In this document: positions 25,173 to 36,499 of the stretch, one piece after another | Position numbering within the stretch: the first letter of the stretch is position 1 | Layout: each line of letters opens with the position of its first letter | NCBI GenBank assembly: GCA_028534125.1 | Contig: CM052817.1 | Location: 61,010,001 to 61,074,000 of the forward strand | Reading direction: 5' to 3' | Length of the DNA: 64,000 nucleotides | From: Lama glama | Taxonomy: Eukaryota | The notes under the pieces: model-generated | What the model was told of the DNA's origin: nothing | What the model saw: only the letters and a program-made list of their open reading frames with translations | Database searches by the model: none | Position numbers and translations under genes: made by a program

Positions 25173-26917
25173 GCAAAGGAGAAAACCAAAATCAGACTGG
25201 TCTTCAACCTTCCAAGTCAACACTCAACATGAGAAAGTCATCAAGCATTGCCTACCAATTACTGAAGAAAAGACAAGGCCACCTAAAAATAAATTACACC
25301 TGGCCATCTTATCATCCAAGTATAAAAGTAAATCATTTTTTAAAAGAAAAAAAGCCAATTAGATTAAGAACTTCATCCACGTAATAGATGATTGGGGAAC
25401 ATGTGATAGTGAATATTAATCCTATATAACCGTAGGACCAACAGTAACATAGATGTGGGGCTATCGGTACAGAATCAAGTGAAAATGGTATAAACCTTGA
25501 CAATATAGAAATGAGATCCCTCACGAAATTATAAAGTGAAGCAGTTGAGAATTTGGGAAAAAAAAATACCCTGATAACCTCATTTTATATAGCTGGGATT
25601 TAAGATACATCACTTAAAGCTCAAAAATGGTGTAATAGAGCCACAAGAATATCTAACAGTATAAGCTAAACATTAAGAAAGATATTATAATCAATCAAAA
25701 TTGAATGGGAAAGAGAATGAGTAAAAGAATGGGAAGGAAAAAGAAATATCTGATTTTGTTTATTACTCATAGAAGGAAATTAACAGATACTATTTAAAAC
25801 AGTAGAGAATTAAAAGTATTATGTAAAGTAGTAGTTATAAATGTAATACATAGAACACAATGCAAGCCATCAAAACACATACAATCAAAATAATAAAAAC
25901 AAACTGAAAACTTTAAAGCCACAAGATATTTTAAAGCACAATGTAATATTATAAAAGTATGACCCCAAAAGTGCATGTCATATCAACAAACATCTAAACT
26001 AACCTATTAAAAGCAGAAAAATACTTTTTAAAAGTCTTGCAAAGGCAGAATGGACATTAGATTCTGGGAGCCACATCACATGACAAATTAAAGCGCTTGT
26101 GTTTGTGTGTTTTTCTGTAGATACGTAAGGCTGTGCTATGTGTGTGATATGACCTTTCTTATAATACTGCTTTTAGACACAATTAAATCTACTTATTTAT
26201 AGAAGTTTTTGCTGAAAACAGCCAGTTTTTTACAAGCAAAATGGGCTTATCAGGACAATCATACTATAGCAAAAAACTATATAAGCAAGTCCAACAAACA
26301 ATTAAACAACTAAGTCTCACTTTAGAGTCACGTACGTCTTTATGTTTGAGAGGGAAGGCTTAGTTGGTTTGACCTATAAAATGTCTGAATCCATTTAAAA
26401 ATGAGCCATTTTGTATTTTTACCCAATTATTTCAATCAGTGACTGAGAAAGGCCTTAGAATTCTTAGAGCACACTAATCTCTAAACAGTATGTCAATATT
26501 TAGAAAAAAGACACCTGTACATTTTTGCAGAAATCCTTCTGTGACTGTATACACATTCCCACGGCATGCACTGTGTTAACAGCTATTAGACTGCCCATGG
26601 CCTGACTGTCTGCCTGGATTTCCAAGTAGCCCTATAGCCTAACCACATGTCGGAGGGTTGTTTTACTCCATGTTAGTCTCTTATGATTGACTTTGCCAGG
26701 ACCAGGTCCAGAGATAACCAGTGGTGTGTTCTACTGTCACTCCTGCAGTGGGTCAGTTGCCCAAACACTTCTCTTACCCTGATAGGAGGATCTAGCTGAG
26801 TCTGGCTGCTTCTATATATATGATACTCCAGGGGCTACTACCTTCTCCCTTGGATTCTCCACACCAGTGTGAGTCAAACTTCTTTGCACCAGCATCAGTA
26901 TTTGCCACCCCATGTCT

Positions 26918-27040
26918 TCACTCACTCAACAAATATTCATTGAGCATCTATTATGTGTAACGCACTGGGTAAGCAGTGAGAATAGAGAAAGAAAACACAT
27001 TAGCCATTGATCTTATCCTCACAGAGCACATACACTTATT
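26918..27040 (-). mobile_element. LINE-2 3' end
   Basis: TCACTCACTCAACAAATATTCATTGAGCATCTATTATGTG is the reverse L2 terminus. Confidence 0.7.
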
Positions 27041-28335
27041 GGTGTGTGTGCTTAGTGAGTAAACAGTTGGCTATCTTTTCTTCCTTCCTTCCTTCTTTCC
27101 TTCCTCTTTCTTCCTTTTTTCCCCTTTTCATCTCAGATCTTGAATGATAACTTCTCTCTGGCACCTAAAAATGTTTTTAAAATTTTATTTCAGCTCGTCA
27201 ATTTATTGTATAAAAGAATTCTGATTTTATATGATTAGCTCAACTCTGCTGTATTAGCCTCTGTAACTTTTGTCTTTGAAAAATATTGCATGGTCAGCAA
27301 GTTTCATTGTATATAGTTTTCCACTTAAACTAAGATTTGTATATTTGTGAGTATGGATATAAATATGCAAAGACTTGGAGGCCTTGGGTCTTGCTCTTTT
27401 CAACAGCCTGCTTCCATGGCAACAGAATCTATTAGAAACAACCTTGTCACCACAACTTTAGGTCCAAATAATTTCACAGAAAAGATAAAAAGGTATGTGG
27501 CAACTCTACCTTGCTCCATCTTTTACATAAAGTAATTTCTCAGAAATATGATCAGCATTTGAGACAACAAGTGATTAAAAATTAAAAGGCCCGAGAGAGA
27601 GAAAAAGACTATTCATAACAAGGATTTTGAAAGCTTAATGAAAGGTGGAAGAAAACATGATGGGACTTCAGTCTTTAACCTCTTTTGCACAGTGAACAAT
27701 TGATCCAAAGCTTAAAAAAAAAAAAGTTTATCCATTAAGGTTGAAGAAGTCCTAAATTTATAGTGAAATTTATTACTTGGGCCAGAAAATTAAATATGAG
27801 TGCAAATGTTTCATTACGTTCTTTGAACTTTGACTGTGAGAGCATTTTCTCCAAAACCATCGTACTAACTTACTGATAGCAAAGGCAGAGAGGCCCTAGT
27901 AGACACAGAATTGTCAACCCAACATTTTTATCCTTGTTTCACTGGCTTTCCACATCTCTGTGCCATAAAACACTCTGTCAATTTTGCTGAACTCACTGGG
28001 TCATAAAGTCTTCTCATAAGGTTAAGGCCATAGAATTGACTCTGGTGTATATTAAGTTTTATGGTCATAGATGGTACCAAAATTTCCACTAATCAAAGAA
28101 AGCCTGAGCCAGCCAGGAAGACTGAAAACTTCTTCCTGAAAACTGTTTACTGAAGCCATCATAATGATTAAATATAATCAAGTACATATTACCATTTGAA
28201 TTTAGTTTAATTAGGGGATTTGTCTCAGGTTGTGACTGGCCAATGTGCTCTCTTCAGAGATAAGGATAGAGTAATTTCTATAAAGAACAATAGACATAGT
28301 CTGGCCACTGGCTAATCAATTTTTAAAATGTACTA

Positions 28336-28722
28336 TGAAGTAAGCCTGAAAGAGAAAGAAAAATACCATATGGTATCACTCATATGTGGAATTTAAAAAA
28401 AGAAAGAAAAAAAAAAGAAGAAGACACTAATGAACTTATCTACAAAATAGAAACAGACCCACAGACATAATAAATAAACTTATGGTTACCAGGAGAAGAG
28501 GGAGGGAAGGGATAAACTGGGAGTTCAAAATTTGCAAATACTACTATATATAAAATAGGTAAAAAGTAGATTTTTTTTCTGTATAGCGGGAAACTATATT
28601 TGGTATCTTGTAGTAACCTATAATGAAGAATATGAAAGCAAATATGTGTATGTAAATGTATGACTGAAACATTATGCTGTACACCAGAAATTCTGAACTG
28701 ACTATACTTCAAAAAAAAAAAA
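28336..28722 (+). mobile_element. Lineage-specific L1 3' end (camelid/cetartiodactyl type) with poly(A)
   Basis: GAAGTAAGCCTGAAAGAGAAAGAAAAATACCATATGGTATCACTCATATGTGGAAT...CTTATGGTTACCAGG...TGCTGTACACCAGAAATT...CTATACTTCAAAAAAAAAAAA. Confidence 0.9.
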
Positions 28723-28729
28723 CAACACA

Positions 28730-28808
28730 GGGGAATGGAAATAGCTCAGTGGTAGAGCGTATGTTTAGCATGCCTGAGGTCCTGGGTTCAATCCCCAGTA
28801 CCTCCATT
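28730..28808 (+). mobile_element. tRNA-Ala(AGC)-derived SINE (Vic-1 type), short form
   Basis: A box TAGCTCAGTGG, AGC anticodon remnant, B box GGTTCAATCCC, ending CCTCCATT. Flanked by the direct repeat A9CAACACA (28714-28729 and 28809-28824). Confidence 0.88.
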
Positions 28809-29039
28809 AAAAAAAAACAACACAAAGATAAGGAGGTGAATAATGGAGGATGAATAGGAAAGTGCAAAGTATAGAATGAATTAGTAGATGGATTTAGGAT
28901 TTAAAGTTACAGTATTAAGACTTAAATTTACAACATTAGAATCAAAGTTATGGTGCTTTTAAATTCTGCCCCAGCAGCCTAGACCATGGTAAAGAGACTC
29001 TAGTGGCAAAAAAATTCTATTTGCATTCTTGTATTTTTT

Positions 29040-29160
29040 AAATAAATGTCTTCCCCCACCAGAATGCAAGTTCCAAGAGCACAGAGACTGTGTCTATATC
29101 TAACTTAGCATAATCACTGACAGACAGTGACTATTCCATAGATAACTGTAGACTGGCTGA
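29040..29160 (+). mobile_element. LINE-2 3' fragment
   Basis: TGTCTTCCCCCACCAGAATGCAAGTTCCAAGAGCACAGAGACTGTGTCT. Confidence 0.6.
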
Positions 29161-29214
29161 GGAGAGCAAGCCAAGTGCAAGAGCTTCTTTTCTGTTAAAT
29201 TTCTTTTAATTTTT

Positions 29215-29790
29215 AAATTTAGAATTTTTAAAACTTTCATTTTGAAATAATATTATACTTATAAAAGAGCTGCGAAAATACTACAAAGAATTCCCATATA
29301 CTTTCCACACATATTCCCCAAATGTTATCTTATATAACACCACAGCACTGTCATCAAAATCAAGAAATTAACATTAGAATTAACCTCAACATTAGGCAAT
29401 ACTATTATCTAATTCATAGACCTTATTCAAATTTAGCCAATTTACCCACAACCCCCTTCTTCTGGTTCAGGATCTAATCTACCATCACATGATGCATTTA
29501 GTTGTCATGTAACTTTACTATCCTGTAACCTGGAACAGTTCTTCAGTCTGCCTTTGTCTTTCGTGACCTTAATCTTTTAAGAATGCTGGCTAGTTATTTC
29601 TTAGAATGTTGCTCAATTGGAATCTATCTGATGTTTCCCCATGATTAAATTCAGATTACTCTTTGTTAGTAAGAGTACCACAGTAGTAATATTGTGATCT
29701 TCTCAGTGCCTCATATCAGGAGGCACATGGTATCAACTTGTTCCAATATGGATGATATTAACTCTGATTACATGGTAAAGGTAGAGAACA
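29215..29790 (-). mobile_element. Ancient L1 (L1MC/ME-type) 3' UTR
   Basis: TTTCATTTTGAAATAAT...AAGAATTCCCATATAC...GCATTTAGTTGTCATGT...TCTGATGTTTCCCCATGATTAAATTCAG is a reverse L1MC-type 3' UTR. Confidence 0.8.
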
Positions 29791-29959
29791 GCTGGTAGAG
29801 TGCAGTATTTTGTTACAGCAGCCCAAATAGACTAAAATAAAAGACATCCACGGCACACACAAAATACATTAAAACACTCAGTAAAAAAAAATCAGGCACA
29901 AAATAAAAGAAAGAAAAATGTGATTTTTCTAATCAATGGATAAATTTATAACAATATAG

Positions 29960-30415
29960 GGCTTTAGAGTTTCTGTTTTATCTGGTGTCAGTTTGGGTAA
30001 GTTGTATTTTTCAAAGAATTATCAGTTTCATCTAAGTCGTTAGATATACTGGCATAAAGTTGTCCATATATTCTCCTATTACCCTTTTAATGTCTATAAG
30101 ATTTATAGTGATAGTTCCTCTTTATTCCTGATATATAAATAATTTATGTCCCCTCTAGTTCTTGATCCCTCTAGCTAGGAATTTACCAATTTTGTTGATC
30201 TTTTGAAACAACTATTAACTTTGTTAAATTTTTAAATTATCTCTCTACTTCCCTTTGATGTTATTACCATTCTTCTTTTCTCATACAAGCATTTTGAAGT
30301 TATAAATTTCCCTCTAAGCACTGCTTTAGCTGCACTGTACAATTTTTAGAATTCTGGTTTTTCATTATTAGTTTAAAATGTGTTCTAAATTCACTAGTGA
30401 GTTCTTCTTTCACCC
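29960..30415 (-). mobile_element. Old L1 ORF2 fragment (post-endonuclease region)
   Basis: TATAAATTTCCCTCTAAGCACTGCTTTAGCTGCA reverse-translates to AAKAVLRGKFI. Confidence 0.85.
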
Positions 30416-31030
30416 ATGGCTGTCTATCAAAAAGACTAGACATGGAGAAAAGGGAACACTTGTGTATTGCTGATGGGAATGTAAATTTGTGTAGCTAATA
30501 TGGCAAACTGTATGGCAGTTCCTCAAAAAATTAAAATTGAAATATCATATGATCCAGCAATTCCATTTCTGGGTACATATCCAAAGAAAAAGAAAACACT
30601 AACTTAAAAAGATACATGCACCCCTATGTTCACTGCAGCATTATTTACAATAATCAAGACATGGAAGCAATCTAAGTGTCCATCAATGAATGAATAAATT
30701 TAAAAATTGTAGTATATGTATACAATAAAATATTATTCAACCATTAAAAAGAAGGAAAATTTGCCATTTGCAAAAATATGGATGGACCTCAAGGGTATCA
30801 AACCAAGTGAAATAACTCAGAGTTACATGTGGAGATGTATGTATATGTATATACACATACATGTGTGTGTGTGTATGCTCATAGAATCAGAGAACAGATT
30901 GGTGCTTGCCAGAGACAGGGCATTAGGAGTGTGAGAAATGAGTGAACTGTGTTTTTTTTCGTTTAAATAAAAGTTTAAAAATAAAATATATTAAAATTTT
31001 TGTCATCAAATTAAAAATAAAAAAATAAAG
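30416..31030 (+). mobile_element. L1 3' fragment (ORF2 C-terminus plus 3' UTR)
   Basis: CATATGATCCAGCAATTCCATTTCTGGG, GATACATGCACCCCTATGTTCACTGCAGCATTATTTACAATA and an A-rich tail. Confidence 0.9.
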
Positions 31031-32159
31031 AAAAAATTTTTCTTTCATACTATGAAAAGGTGCTAAAAGCTTGTCTTTCCAATAAAGAAAACTTGGAATT
31101 GATATAATGGATAAAAAGGGCTTATGAAACATATATAGGCATTCTTGACATAATAAAATAGAAGCTTAGGAGAGTACTTTTGGAAAGATTAGTGGGTTTT
31201 TTTGTTTTTTGTTTTTTTTTTTTTACTTTAGAAGACAGATGTTTTGCTGTTCTTGACTAGCAGATGCAACTACAACTTAACTGTGTTTCCAACAGGAAAT
31301 AAAAATGTGTTCAGTATTTCTTCTAAAGACAAAGAATAGCATACTAACAAAAAGTCACTGTCTTGCTATTTCTTTTGTGGTTCCCAGTTCACACATGTGG
31401 AAATATAATTTATGATGAAACTGATTTTTCAAATGATTACTTCTTAAGAATCATCCATTTAAATATGAAGCATTTTAATTTTTTCCTTCTCATTCAATGA
31501 CAAGAAGAAGAAAAAGTCATACAAATATTTCTGTGATGTTAGACTTTTCCTAGTGGAAATATATATAATATGCCATAACCAAAATAATTTCCTTTTCAAA
31601 TCTAGTGTATTTATAGCAGATGCTGCTAAGTAATCACTGTGAGTCCCACGTGGCTATGCAACTTAGCCATGCTGCTAAGATAGCTGTCTCCTTGGTGAGT
31701 GTCAATGGTTTTGTGCAAATTTCCAAACAAACGTAAGGCTGTCCCAGTGTCAATGTGGGTAGTGCCAATTTAAGAGAGGTGAGAATTTAATAAATCATTT
31801 GAGACTGTCTAGATAATACCTGAGAGATTTTTAAGAGTGTTACAAAGTAGAATAGAATGTTCCCAGAGATGGCTGACTTAAGGAAAATTTCTTAGTCCCT
31901 TTTAGAAATTTTAGAAATTTATAAATCATTTGGGTAAGAATAAGATGCATAATTGCTTTATACCTAAGTGCCACATAAGAACTTAAATAGTGCCTGGTGC
32001 TCATAAGCAAAAGTAATGGCACATATTAACTATAAAAATAATCTATAACTTTAGATAAGTTGTTGATCTTGATATTTTTCTCTGCTGTATTAAAAAAAAG
32101 AAGTATATAATTTACATTCCAAATTTTGAGGGATTTTCTAAATATCTGATATTTTCACT

Positions 32160-33950
32160 AAATATAGATGCTCGCTGGACAGTTTTCTTTCAGTGTCTTA
32201 AAATGTTGTTCCACTGTTTTCTGGACATCATTGTTTTTGACATTAAGTCATTTGTATTCTTGTTCCCCCGTATGTGATGTGTCATTTTTCTCCAGTAAAA
32301 TTTTTTCTTTACCTTTATTTTTCAACAAGATGTACCTAGGGTGGTTTTCTGTGTTTTCCTGCAGTGAGATTCTTAAATCAAATATTAAGATCTTTTGAGC
32401 TATTATTTATCATATATTTTCCACTCTAGCTAACCATATGTTAAATTTTTTGCTATTGTTCCACAGATACTGATGCTCTGTTCATTTTTTTATCTTTTTT
32501 TCTGTTCTTCAGATTGAATAATTTTTGTTCATCTATCTTCAAGTTCACTGATGATTTCTTTGTCATTTTCAGTCTTCTATTAAACATCCAGTATTTTAAA
32601 ATTTTAGACATTTCACATTTCAGTTCTATAACTTCCTAATGGTTTTTTTTCATAGTTTTCTTTCTCTAGGCTGAGATGTTTATTGGCTCTTTGTGGTCAC
32701 ATTTTCCTTTATATCCTTAAACAGTTGCTTTTAAATCCTTATCTGATAATTCAAACATCTGGGTCATCTCAGAGTCAGTCTTTATTGATTACATTTTCTC
32801 TTGAGTAAGGGTTGCATTTTTCTGTTTCTTCATTTGTCTAGTAATTTGGAATTATATTATGTGAATAATATTGTATCTTTGGAGTGATATAGTGTAAAGA
32901 TTCTGGATTTTCTTACAGTCTTCCAAAAGTATTGTGATTTATGTGTTTTTTGATGTTGTTGTTTCAGCAGGCAGTTTATTTACCTGAACTCAAACTCTGA
33001 ACTCTGAATCCCTGTGGAGTGAAGCAACTGAAAGCCTGTTCAATTATTTTAGCCTTAGTTACTCCATACATGTGCAATTCAGGGGCCAGAGAGAATAGCA
33101 GATTTCATCGTCAGAATCTGGGGTAACCTACGTTCATTTTCTCCATTCCTATGTTTCTTCCTTGTATGAGTTTCCTAGAGCTGTCATAACAAAGTATCAC
33201 AAACTGGGTGGCTTAAGACAAGAATTTATTCGCCTATAGTCCGGGAGGCTGGAAGTCCAAAATCAAAGTTTTGGCAAGGTTAGTATCTCAAGGAGGCTTT
33301 AAGGAAGGATCTGTTCTATGCCTCTCTCATAGGGTCTGTTGGTTGGCAGCAATAATTGGCATTGCTTGGCTTATTGTGGCATATTCCAATCTCTGCCTCC
33401 ATCTTCACAAGGTCATTTTCCCTCTATGTGTGTCTGTGTTAACATTTCTCTCTTCTTATGAGGACACTGTGATTGGATTAGGACCCACTCTAATTCAATA
33501 TGACCTTATCCTAATTATATCTGCAAAGTTTCTGTTTCCAAATAAAGTCACATTCACAGATTCTGGGTGGATATGAATCTTGAGGGGACACTATTCAACC
33601 CAGTACATTTCCTTATTTCCCAGTTGCTATGGCAGCCTCAAACTCTGTCCCCTAAGTCTTCAAGCCATTAAGACTACAGATTTCTATCCAAGTTTTAGGT
33701 GCTCCTTATGTCATAGAGTGGGCCTGCACTTAGGCAAAAAGCCACAAAAACCAGAAACTCATAAAGGCTGTTCCATTCTTCCAAAAATCATGTCCCCTCC
33801 GAATTTTGCCTGCTTTATTTACTCTACAGTGCCTCTGGTAATTGCCTTTTTAAATCTTCTTTTCCATGGCTTACAATTAGTCTCAATGGGAGGGTAAATC
33901 TAATAGGAACTACTCCAGCACAACGAGAGTGGGATCACCTGCTTTTCTAA
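32160..33950 (-). mobile_element. Old L1 ORF1/5' region, split by an MLT1 LTR
   Basis: T-rich reverse ORF1 blocks TTTTCTTTCAGTGTCTTAAAATGTTGTTCCACTG, ATCTATCTTCAAGTTCACTGA and TCTGATAATTCAAACATCTGGGTCATCTCAGAGTC. Homology appears to resume after 33607. Confidence 0.7.
33163..33607 (-). mobile_element. MaLR solo LTR (MLT1B/C-like)
   Basis: TG...CA termini: TGTATGAGTTTCCTAGAGCTGTCATAACAAAGTATCACAAACTGGGTGGCTTAA at one end and GGGGACACTATTCAACCCAGTACA at the other. TTCCT lies immediately left and, offset by one base, right. Confidence 0.92.
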
Positions 33951-34139
33951 GAAATTTAATAGAAAGGAAAAAGAAGAATTAACATTTGCTGCATATTAAA
34001 TAACGTATATGAATTATGTTATATTTTTAAACCATTATTTAGCTCTAATATGTTAAATATTTATACTCCATCAATTTGCAGTTATTTTTCCCCATCAGAA
34101 AGCATGCATGGTATCTGATGATTAAAATATTCATAATAG

Positions 34140-34370
34140 TAACATTTATTACTTATTGTTACAGTTACTCTTCTAAATGCCTCAAAGGTATTATCTCAGT
34201 AAATTTTCACATCAACATACATCTTCAGCAGTAGTTTTACAGAAGAGCAATTCCCACTTTACAGATGAGGCAAGCGAGGCCCAGGAAGTTAAGTAATTTG
34301 TATGTGTTACACAGTAGTATATGGTGAATTGTAAGAGCCCATGCATATACCCATTGTGCTCTACTGCCTC
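34140..34370 (-). mobile_element. MIR SINE
   Basis: CCCACTTTACAGATGAGGCAAGCGAGGCCCAGGAAGTTAAGTAATTTG. Confidence 0.75.
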
Positions 34371-34473
34371 CTAACAACACAAATCATTGTCTCTGGCACT
34401 AGGCTTGAATCATTATTAACCATCATAAGGCTGCATTTGTCTAATTTTGCCTAATTTTTAATGTATTGTGTGA

Positions 34474-34496
34474 TGTAAACAGGAAGTAAATAAACA
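34474..34496 (+). promoter_or_regulatory. Candidate FOX:ETS composite motif plus a second forkhead site
   Basis: TGTAAACAGGAAGT immediately followed by AAATAAACA. Motif match only. Confidence 0.4.
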
Positions 34497-36499
34497 CTGT
34501 AATTACATGATTTTATTAAATCATAGCTTAATTTCAGAATCAGAGTTTACTTCGTTATTTTTGACTTTTCTAGTTTGTATGACTGATATATCAGAAATTC
34601 TTTAAGCACTAAAACAAATTTCAGAATTCTCAAACTTGCAAATTCCCTTTTTAAAAGTATCTGCAAAGCAAGAAGTATAGGAAAATTAGGTTCAATGTAA
34701 TTAGCGCATACTATGGAATTAGTTGCATTATAATTTATGTTATAAGCTTAACTTTCATCATTGAGAAAAATCCCTTTCTCTTCCCCCTCCCCTCGCTCCA
34801 GCTCTTTCTCTGTTTCAGCTGTTTGCTCTTATCATAAACATGACAAGCTGTAAGACATGAACAAATGTGTACTTAAGCAAAATAGTTATTTCCTTAACTT
34901 GATTCAGTAAGGCACCCTAGAGATTAATACTGTTACTGATTTCACAGGTCTCTTGTGCATGTGAATTTCCAGGAGATTCTATTCAACTGGTGTAACTAAG
35001 AAGAAAGAACAATGTTCCTCTATACAAGGTGGGTTTTGCATTGTCCCGCACATAGCCTGCTGATGGCCGTGGGATGGCAAAGTCATCTTCATTAGACGGA
35101 ATTTAATAGTGAATCAAAGTTCTTGTGGAGAATAGACTGATCTAAACTTTAGCCTCCCTTGGGTCCTGCTGAAAGATTAGAGGGAAAGAGTAGGGCCTTA
35201 GTAAGTTGAATGTAGCAGATTGTTTTTCACTAATAGTTCTCTTGTAAAACTCTGAAAACCACCCAGTTTAACCCTTCAAAAAGGAAAAAGAAAAAGAAGA
35301 GGGATGGGGGAAGGAAAAAACTCAGACAGTATACCACGGGCATTGATTTCATTGATTTTTGAGATGCGCTGTTATCCCCATAGCAAGTTCCACAGTTTGG
35401 ATTATGTACACATGACCAAAATTCGTCCATCAAAAGTAAATCAGTTTCCTTGCTACATTTAATAGTCCATGCCAAATGCAGCAATGCTATAACTTTAATA
35501 AAGACTTTATAAAGTGTAATTGTCTTCAAGTTTTGTTCTATGATTGGGGATTCTACGACTCAATCTAGGTTGCAGTTCTTTGATAAAATCTTTTTGAAAA
35601 TATTCTGAATCCAGGAAAAGTTAATGGTTGACGAAAAAGGAGGAGCAGCACAGGTAAAATGCATTAAGCAGCACCTGTACGGCAGGATCAGACACAGTTA
35701 ACAAGAAAAAAAGAAGGAGAAACAAATGTGTCAGGTGATCTTTAGTCTAAAGAAATGTCTGTTGGGCAACTGGGCATTTTGCTCCTTGCCTTTTATTTTC
35801 AACTTCCTTTCAAAGAATTCGTTAAGTGAAAAGGGAGATGATGGCAGCTCAGTATATCAAAGCTCAGTTATCAGCTGGCTTATTCTAGTATCTTTAGTCT
35901 TTTGTTGATGCCTTATGATGTGTTGTGTAGTAACACTGGAAAGTCAATCTTATACCAGTGATTGCCACATAAATGTTAAGGAGTCTGAAAAAAAAAGATC
36001 ACAAAATAGAAATTGTTGCTCTCTCAGGTATACAGTGGCACTGATAAGAATTAATGTATCCAAAAAGATTTGGGTAGGTTTCTTTTTCCTTTTTGGGTTG
36101 GGTGGGGTGCAGAGGGATTGACTTATTTTTCAGTAGGGTGAGAAGGAATGTCTAAGAGAAAGAAAAAGGCATAATGGAGACTGTTTCATCCTCAACTCTT
36201 TTGAGTATTGGCTGTAAGCATGCTGTCTCAGTTAATGACAAAATTCAATAAAAAGCTTACTGCCACAACAAAGAAATCTGTTTCCTTTTGGGTAATATTT
36301 TTATTTTTAAGAATTCACAGGGACTATTAAAAATTAAACCTCACTTTAAAAATCAAAGTACATCTTTTAGGGGACAAATGTGCTTTTGCTAAATCTATAA
36401 CAGGAAGACATTTAAAACACTTGAAAGATAGTGTACTAGTCAACAGGAGACATCTTCATTGGGATTGTGAAGAAAACTGAATGAAGGAAGGTGCTATTT

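Larger units (their letters stand above)
24550..26030 (+). mobile_element. HAL1 or old L1 ORF1-like remnant, interrupted by a purine tract and a MITE
   Basis: A-rich ORF1-like blocks GATTGAAAAAGCACATC, AAAATCAGACTGGTCTTCAACCTTCCAAGTCAACACTCAAC and TTATCATCCAAGTATAAAAG. Confidence 0.55.

Noticed and set aside
28730..28808. Functional tRNA-Ala(AGC) gene (also 60347-60423)
   Set aside because: Both copies have TSDs and A-rich tails, extra 5' bases and imperfect stems, and sit in or next to L1 sequence. They are SINE copies.
29960..31030. L1 5' inversion by twin priming
   Set aside because: The two pieces come from ORF2 positions far apart, appear to differ in age, and I see no shared TSD. Independent insertions are more likely.
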